Source: Acidobacteriota bacterium
GTDB lineage: Bacteria > Acidobacteriota > UBA6911 > RPQK01 > JAJDTT01
Length of the DNA stretch: 64,000 nucleotides
Reading direction: 5' to 3'
Assembly: GCA_965263035.1 (NCBI GenBank)
Contig: OZ253580.1
Coordinates: forward strand, 6,112,001-6,176,000
Both the position numbers and the translations under genes were made by a program. The first letter of the stretch is position 1, and the number at the start of each line of letters is the position of its first letter. A model generated the notes under the pieces. It was not told the DNA's origin and searched no databases. It saw nothing but the letters and a program-made list of their open reading frames with translations. Of the stretch, positions 59,418-64,000 are shown one piece after another.

Positions 59418-62400
59418 TTGATCAATCCTCTACTCGGCTCATTCTCGAGTTCTTTTTTTGCCTGGTGGCTGTTTTTCGTTCTGTCGCCGCCGCAAGCCGG
59501 CGGCCCCCCGTCAGAGCAAGGTCACCCGACGGACGACTCAATTTCCCGTCAGGCGCAGGAACCGGGGGAGACGATTCTGTACTTCCCGGATTACGTGGAT
59601 GGGGGCGGATGGTCGGTGCAGTTGGTCCTCAGCAACGTCGACCCGGACGCCGCGGCCGAGGTCCTGGTGGAAGTCTACGACCCGGACGGGCAACCGATCC
59701 TGGATCTGTTCAATTCTGATTTGACGTTGGAGATTCCAGCGCTCGGCAGTCGCGTCTTGAGAAGCACCGGATCAGGGGCCATTCGGCGGGGTTGGATCCA
59801 GGCCGAGACCGATGCGGATACGATCAGTGGACTATTGGCCTACCGGAACGCCCAATCGGGGATCGAAGTCGGCGTCAAACCCGTCGAGTTGGGCCCGCAG
59901 TTCGCCTTGTTCGTTGAGGAATCGCCGACGGTCGGCGCCGGAGTCGCCGTTTACAAGCCGGACGCCTCGTCTCGCCTCGAGCTTCGAATCCGCGACGAGG
60001 ATGGGAGCGATCCCCTGGAGGGTGGGTTCGTCCCCTGGGGGGACTTCCACCAATCGGCGCTCACACTCCCGGAATGGTTCGCAGTGGAAGGAGTCGATAC
60101 GGGATTCCTGACGGACTTTCGCGGGCTGTTGTTCCTGGAGACCGAGGACGAGTCTGAGTTCGCCCCGCTCGGTCTTCGGTTCGGGAAGCGGACCTCCTCG
60201 CTCTCGGCGGTGCCGGCGATCCGGACCCAAAGCGAGGAACCTCAAGAGACGCTTCTGGTCTTTCCCGACTACGTGGACGGAGGTGGGTGGTCGGTGCAGC
60301 TGGCGCTGACCAACGTCGATCCGGACGCCGCGGTCGAGGTTCGGGTTGAAGTCTATGACCCGGACGGACAGCCCGTCCTGGATCTGTTCGATTCCGATTT
60401 GACGTTCGAGATCCCGTCCCAGGGCAGTCGAGTCTTGAAGAGTGCCGGCTCCGGAGCCATTCGGCGGGGTTGGATCCAGGTCGGGACCGATGCGCCCACG
60501 ATCAGTGGACTATTGACCTACCGGCACTCCCAATCGGGGATCGAAGTCGGCGTCGAGCCCGCCCGGTTGGGGAAGCAATTCGCTCTGTTCGTGGAGGAAT
60601 CGGGAACCGTCGGGGCGGGACTGGCCCTCTTCAAACCAGATGCAGAATCCAGGATCGATCTGAGAATCCGCGACGAGGAGGGAAACGACCCGTTGAACGG
60701 GGTGTTCCTCCCCTGGAGAGACTTCCACCAAGCGGCTCGCACGCTCCCGGAATGGTTCGATGTGCACGGAGTGGATGCGGGATTTCTGGCAGACTTTCGA
60801 GGCCTCCTGTTCCTGCGCACCGAGGACGAGTCTCCGTTCGCCCCGCTCGGGCTGCGGTTCGGGAAGGAGACCTCCTCGCTCTCGGCAGTGCCGGCGATCG
60901 GGATCCCGGACGGAGGCGGGATCGACGACGGCCGCGCTCCCCCTCCCACGGTGACGCTGTCAGCATCGCCGAAGTCGATCGATCGGGGCCAGAGCACGAC
61001 GTTGACCTGGTCGTCCACGAATGCGGAAAACGCCGAGATCACCCCGGACATCGGCAGGGTGCCGACATCCGGGTCTCGGACGGTGTCGCCGAGCGTCACC
61101 ACGACCTACCGCATCACGGTGACGGGAGCGGACGGACAGACAGCCCCGGCGGCGGTCACGGTGACGGTGGCCGTTTCCGAGCGGGCGGCGCTGGTCGCGC
61201 TGTACGAAGCGCTGGGCGGATCGATGTGGACCCACAGCGAGAACTGGCTGACGGACGCCCCGCTGGGGGAGTGGTACGGGGTCGAGGTCGATATCCAGGG
61301 CCGGGTGATCGGACTGCAATTATTCACAGTGATTGAGACTGAAGAGGGGCACCGAATAAAAATAGGGATCGGATTGACCGGCGTGCTCCCGCCGGAACTG
61401 GGTTCGCTTTTCCACCTGAGGGTCCTGGATCTCAGTGAGAACCAAGTGGAGGGGCCGATCCCGCCGGAACTGGGCGCGCTCGGCCAACTGGAGTTCCTGT
61501 CTCTCGGGGGGAACAATCTGACAGGGGAGATTCCAGCGGAGTTGGGCGCGCTTGCCCAACTGAAGACCCTGTATCTCAGGTTGAATCAGCTGACGGGGGC
61601 GATCCCACCGGAGCTGGGCGCGCTCGCCGAACTGAGGACCCTGAATCTTGGTGAGAACCAGCTGACGGGAGAGATCCCGGTTGAGCTGGGCGCGCTCGCC
61701 CAACTGGAGCTCCTGTCTCTCGCCGGGAACCAGCTGGCGGGAGAGATCCCGCCAAGTTTCCTGAATCTGGACCAACTCAACAACTTTAACTTTCACGATC
61801 TTAGAGCCGCAGGTCTTTGCGTCCCCGGTACGTCCGATTTCGTCACATGGCTGCAAGGGATGGAACGATACAATGGATCGTACTGTAACGAGTCTGACGG
61901 GGCCGTGCTCGACTACCTGTACCGAAGTACCGGCGGAGAGGATTGGACAAACTCTGACGGCTGGGTTGAGGATGGCGCATTGGGTGAACGGTACGGGGTT
62001 CAGACCGACTCGCTGGGACGCGTAACAGGACTCGACCTGAGCGGCAACGGACTTGCGGGGCGGTTCCCGGGTAGCTTGCTTCGCCTGGGCCAGTTGACTG
62101 AATTGCGGGTCGACGGAAACGCCCTCTCTGGCCGGTTACCGTGGTCTTTGACCCGTCTGTCCCTGCAAGAATTCCACTACGCGAACTCGGATCTGTGTGT
62201 CCCGAACGAGGCATCGTTCCGCTCTTGGTTGGACACCATTCCCTCTCACGAAGGCACAGGAATGACGTGCGGACCGCCTTCGAGCCGAGATTTCCTGATG
62301 GCGCTGTACGATATGACCGACGGACCGAACTGGGCTCAGGACGACCAGTGGGGAGCCCCTGCTCCACTGAAGGATTGGCACGGGGTCCGGGTAGACGAAA

Positions 62401-64000
62401 GCGGTCAAGTGACCGCGTTGATTCTCGGATGGAACCGACTGGAGGGTGAGATCCCGGCGGCACTCCTCTCGCTCTCCAAGCTGAGGCACCTGAATCTCAG
62501 TGGAAACAACCTGACAGGGGAGATCCAGGTGGAACTAAGCCGCCTCTCCAACCTGGAAGTGCTGTATCTCGATGGAAACGAACTGACGGGTTCTGTGCCC
62601 CCGGAACTCGGTCAGATGCGCACTCTAAAAACGTTGGGCCTGACGAACAACACTCGGTTGTCGGGGGACCTGCCAGCCAGCTTGACTTCTCTTAGCCGGC
62701 TCGAAGCGTTTCTGGCGGGAGGCACCGATCTCTGCGCTCCCGCCGACGCCAGATTCCGGAACTGGTTGGACGGTGTCTGGAAGCGGCAGATCGTCCCCTG
62801 CTCCCGTGATGGTCTGCCGAAGGCGTATCTGACCCAAGCCGTCCAGTCGCAGGAGTTCCCGGTTCCGCTGGTCGCTGGGGAGAAAGCCCTGCTCCGGGTG
62901 TTCGTAACGTCCGAACGCGACACTGACGTCACTCTCCCACCGGTGCAAGCGACATTCTATCGGGATGGAGCGCCGCCGCACGTGGTGAACATCCCAGGAA
63001 AATCAGCTTCCATCCCGAACGAAGTGGAGGAGGGAGACCTGACCGACTCCGTCAACGCCGAGATCCCTGACTGGGTAATTCAGCCGGGGCTCGAGATGGT
63101 CGTCGACATCGACCCGCAGGGGACACTGGATTCCAGCCTGGGTGTGACGAAGAGGATCCCGGAGAGTGGTCGTTTGGCAGTCGAAGTTCAGATGATGCCC
63201 GACTTTCATTTGACGGTGATCCCCCTTTTGTGGCGTCAGAACCCCGATTCATCGACCGTGGACATGGCCAAGGCCATGGAGCAGGATCCTGAAAGCCACG
63301 AATTGCTCCAGGACACGCGGACTCTTCTGCCCATCAGCAAGCTTGAAGTTACGGCCCACGCTCCCGTATTGACCTCAACCAACAATACCGCTGAGTTGGA
63401 ACTCGAATTGAGAGTAATTCGTGCCATGGAGGGCTCCAGTCGCTATTACCTGGGCATGATAACAGGAGCATTTGATGGTATAGCCGGAAGGGCCTCCCTT
63501 CCCGGCTGGACGGCTGTCACGACACCCAATTCGGAAGTGATCGCGCACGAACTCGGACACAACCTGAATCTCCGGCACGCGCTGTGCGGCGGTACTCCAA
63601 ATGCGGATCCCTCGTTTCCCGACACCTACGGGTCCATCGGCACTTGGGGATACGACTTCCGCGAGGGCGGCCGACTTGTGCCGCCGCAATGGCGAGATCT
63701 GATGGTCTATTGCGACGTCAAATGGATCACCAATTATCATTTCACCAAATGGATCGGCGATTATCATTTCACCAACGCGCTCCGTTACCGCTTGCAGACG
63801 GCAACCCGAAGTGAACTGTCCTCCCTGGTCGCCGCGCCGGCGAATGCTCTTATGCTCTGGGGCGGCGTGGACTCTGCGGGGGTTCCTTTCCTGGAACCAG
63901 CGTTCGTCGTAGATGCTCCCGCGTCGCTGCCGCGGTCCACTGGTGATTATAAGATCACCGGACGAACCTCCGCCGGTGGCGAGTTGTTCTCACTGAGCTT
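59418..64000 (+). CDS. Paralogue of 39491-44788 (modules + Ig + LRR + M66-like peptidase), runs off window
   Basis: TTG start after AGGAG; start and window end in the same frame with collinear protein similarity; AHELGHNLNLRH; 27-bp duplication near 63720-63775. Confidence 0.88.
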   Translation, partial: MINPLLGSFSSSFFAWWLFFVLSPPQAGGPPSEQGHPTDDSISRQAQEPGETILYFPDYVDGGGWSVQLVLSNVDPDAAAEVLVEVYDPDGQPILDLFNSDLTLEIPALGSRVLRSTGSGAIRRGWIQAETDADTISGLLAYRNAQSGIEVGVKPVELGPQFALFVEESPTVGAGVAVYKPDASSRLELRIRDEDGSDPLEGGFVPWGDFHQSALTLPEWFAVEGVDTGFLTDFRGLLFLETEDESEFAPLGLRFGKRTSSLSAVPAIRTQSEEPQETLLVFPDYVDGGGWSVQLALTNVDPDAAVEVRVEVYDPDGQPVLDLFDSDLTFEIPSQGSRVLKSAGSGAIRRGWIQVGTDAPTISGLLTYRHSQSGIEVGVEPARLGKQFALFVEESGTVGAGLALFKPDAESRIDLRIRDEEGNDPLNGVFLPWRDFHQAARTLPEWFDVHGVDAGFLADFRGLLFLRTEDESPFAPLGLRFGKETSSLSAVPAIGIPDGGGIDDGRAPPPTVTLSASPKSIDRGQSTTLTWSSTNAENAEITPDIGRVPTSGSRTVSPSVTTTYRITVTGADGQTAPAAVTVTVAVSERAALVALYEALGGSMWTHSENWLTDAPLGEWYGVEVDIQGRVIGLQLFTVIETEEGHRIKIGIGLTGVLPPELGSLFHLRVLDLSENQVEGPIPPELGALGQLEFLSLGGNNLTGEIPAELGALAQLKTLYLRLNQLTGAIPPELGALAELRTLNLGENQLTGEIPVELGALAQLELLSLAGNQLAGEIPPSFLNLDQLNNFNFHDLRAAGLCVPGTSDFVTWLQGMERYNGSYCNESDGAVLDYLYRSTGGEDWTNSDGWVEDGALGERYGVQTDSLGRVTGLDLSGNGLAGRFPGSLLRLGQLTELRVDGNALSGRLPWSLTRLSLQEFHYANSDLCVPNEASFRSWLDTIPSHEGTGMTCGPPSSRDFLMALYDMTDGPNWAQDDQWGAPAPLKDWHGVRVDESGQVTALILGWNRLEGEIPAALLSLSKLRHLNLSGNNLTGEIQVELSRLSNLEVLYLDGNELTGSVPPELGQMRTLKTLGLTNNTRLSGDLPASLTSLSRLEAFLAGGTDLCAPADARFRNWLDGVWKRQIVPCSRDGLPKAYLTQAVQSQEFPVPLVAGEKALLRVFVTSERDTDVTLPPVQATFYRDGAPPHVVNIPGKSASIPNEVEEGDLTDSVNAEIPDWVIQPGLEMVVDIDPQGTLDSSLGVTKRIPESGRLAVEVQMMPDFHLTVIPLLWRQNPDSSTVDMAKAMEQDPESHELLQDTRTLLPISKLEVTAHAPVLTSTNNTAELELELRVIRAMEGSSRYYLGMITGAFDGIAGRASLPGWTAVTTPNSEVIAHELGHNLNLRHALCGGTPNADPSFPDTYGSIGTWGYDFREGGRLVPPQWRDLMVYCDVKWITNYHFTKWIGDYHFTNALRYRLQTATRSELSSLVAAPANALMLWGGVDSAGVPFLEPAFVVDAPASLPRSTGDYKITGRTSAGGELFSLS

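Overview
GC-rich bacterial window. An Oar-type TonB receptor plus many eukaryote-like ankyrin and LRR proteins suggest an Acidobacteriota host-associated (e.g. sponge) symbiont, which is inference only. 1-24 kb is mostly housekeeping/metabolic genes (PIG-L deacetylases, Ski2-like helicase, aldo/keto reductase, SSS transporter, murB-murA, eukaryote-type hexokinase, two CehA/McbA-like hydrolases, nfi) with two MITE families. The helicase 3' end held two in-frame REP-like hairpins, one now interrupted by an IS110 and the other by an ORF-less group II intron; the guide sequences of both can be read and match the REP. 24-34 kb is a decaying defence island (hsdS, ImmA and Type ISP remnants, a methylase, a GHKL-ATPase/nuclease split by IS1380) followed by a tnpB carried inside IS1595-like TIRs with an 8-bp target duplication. 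34.3-64 kb is a tyrosine-recombinase pseudogene followed by a >29 kb array of secreted LRR/peptidase genes sharing a ~235-aa module and separated by a conserved intergenic unit with two kinds of palindromic Xer/lox-like sites, at which flanking sequence switches. This is the best candidate for an undescribed cassette-shuffling system. All family assignments come from motif recognition, not database searches.
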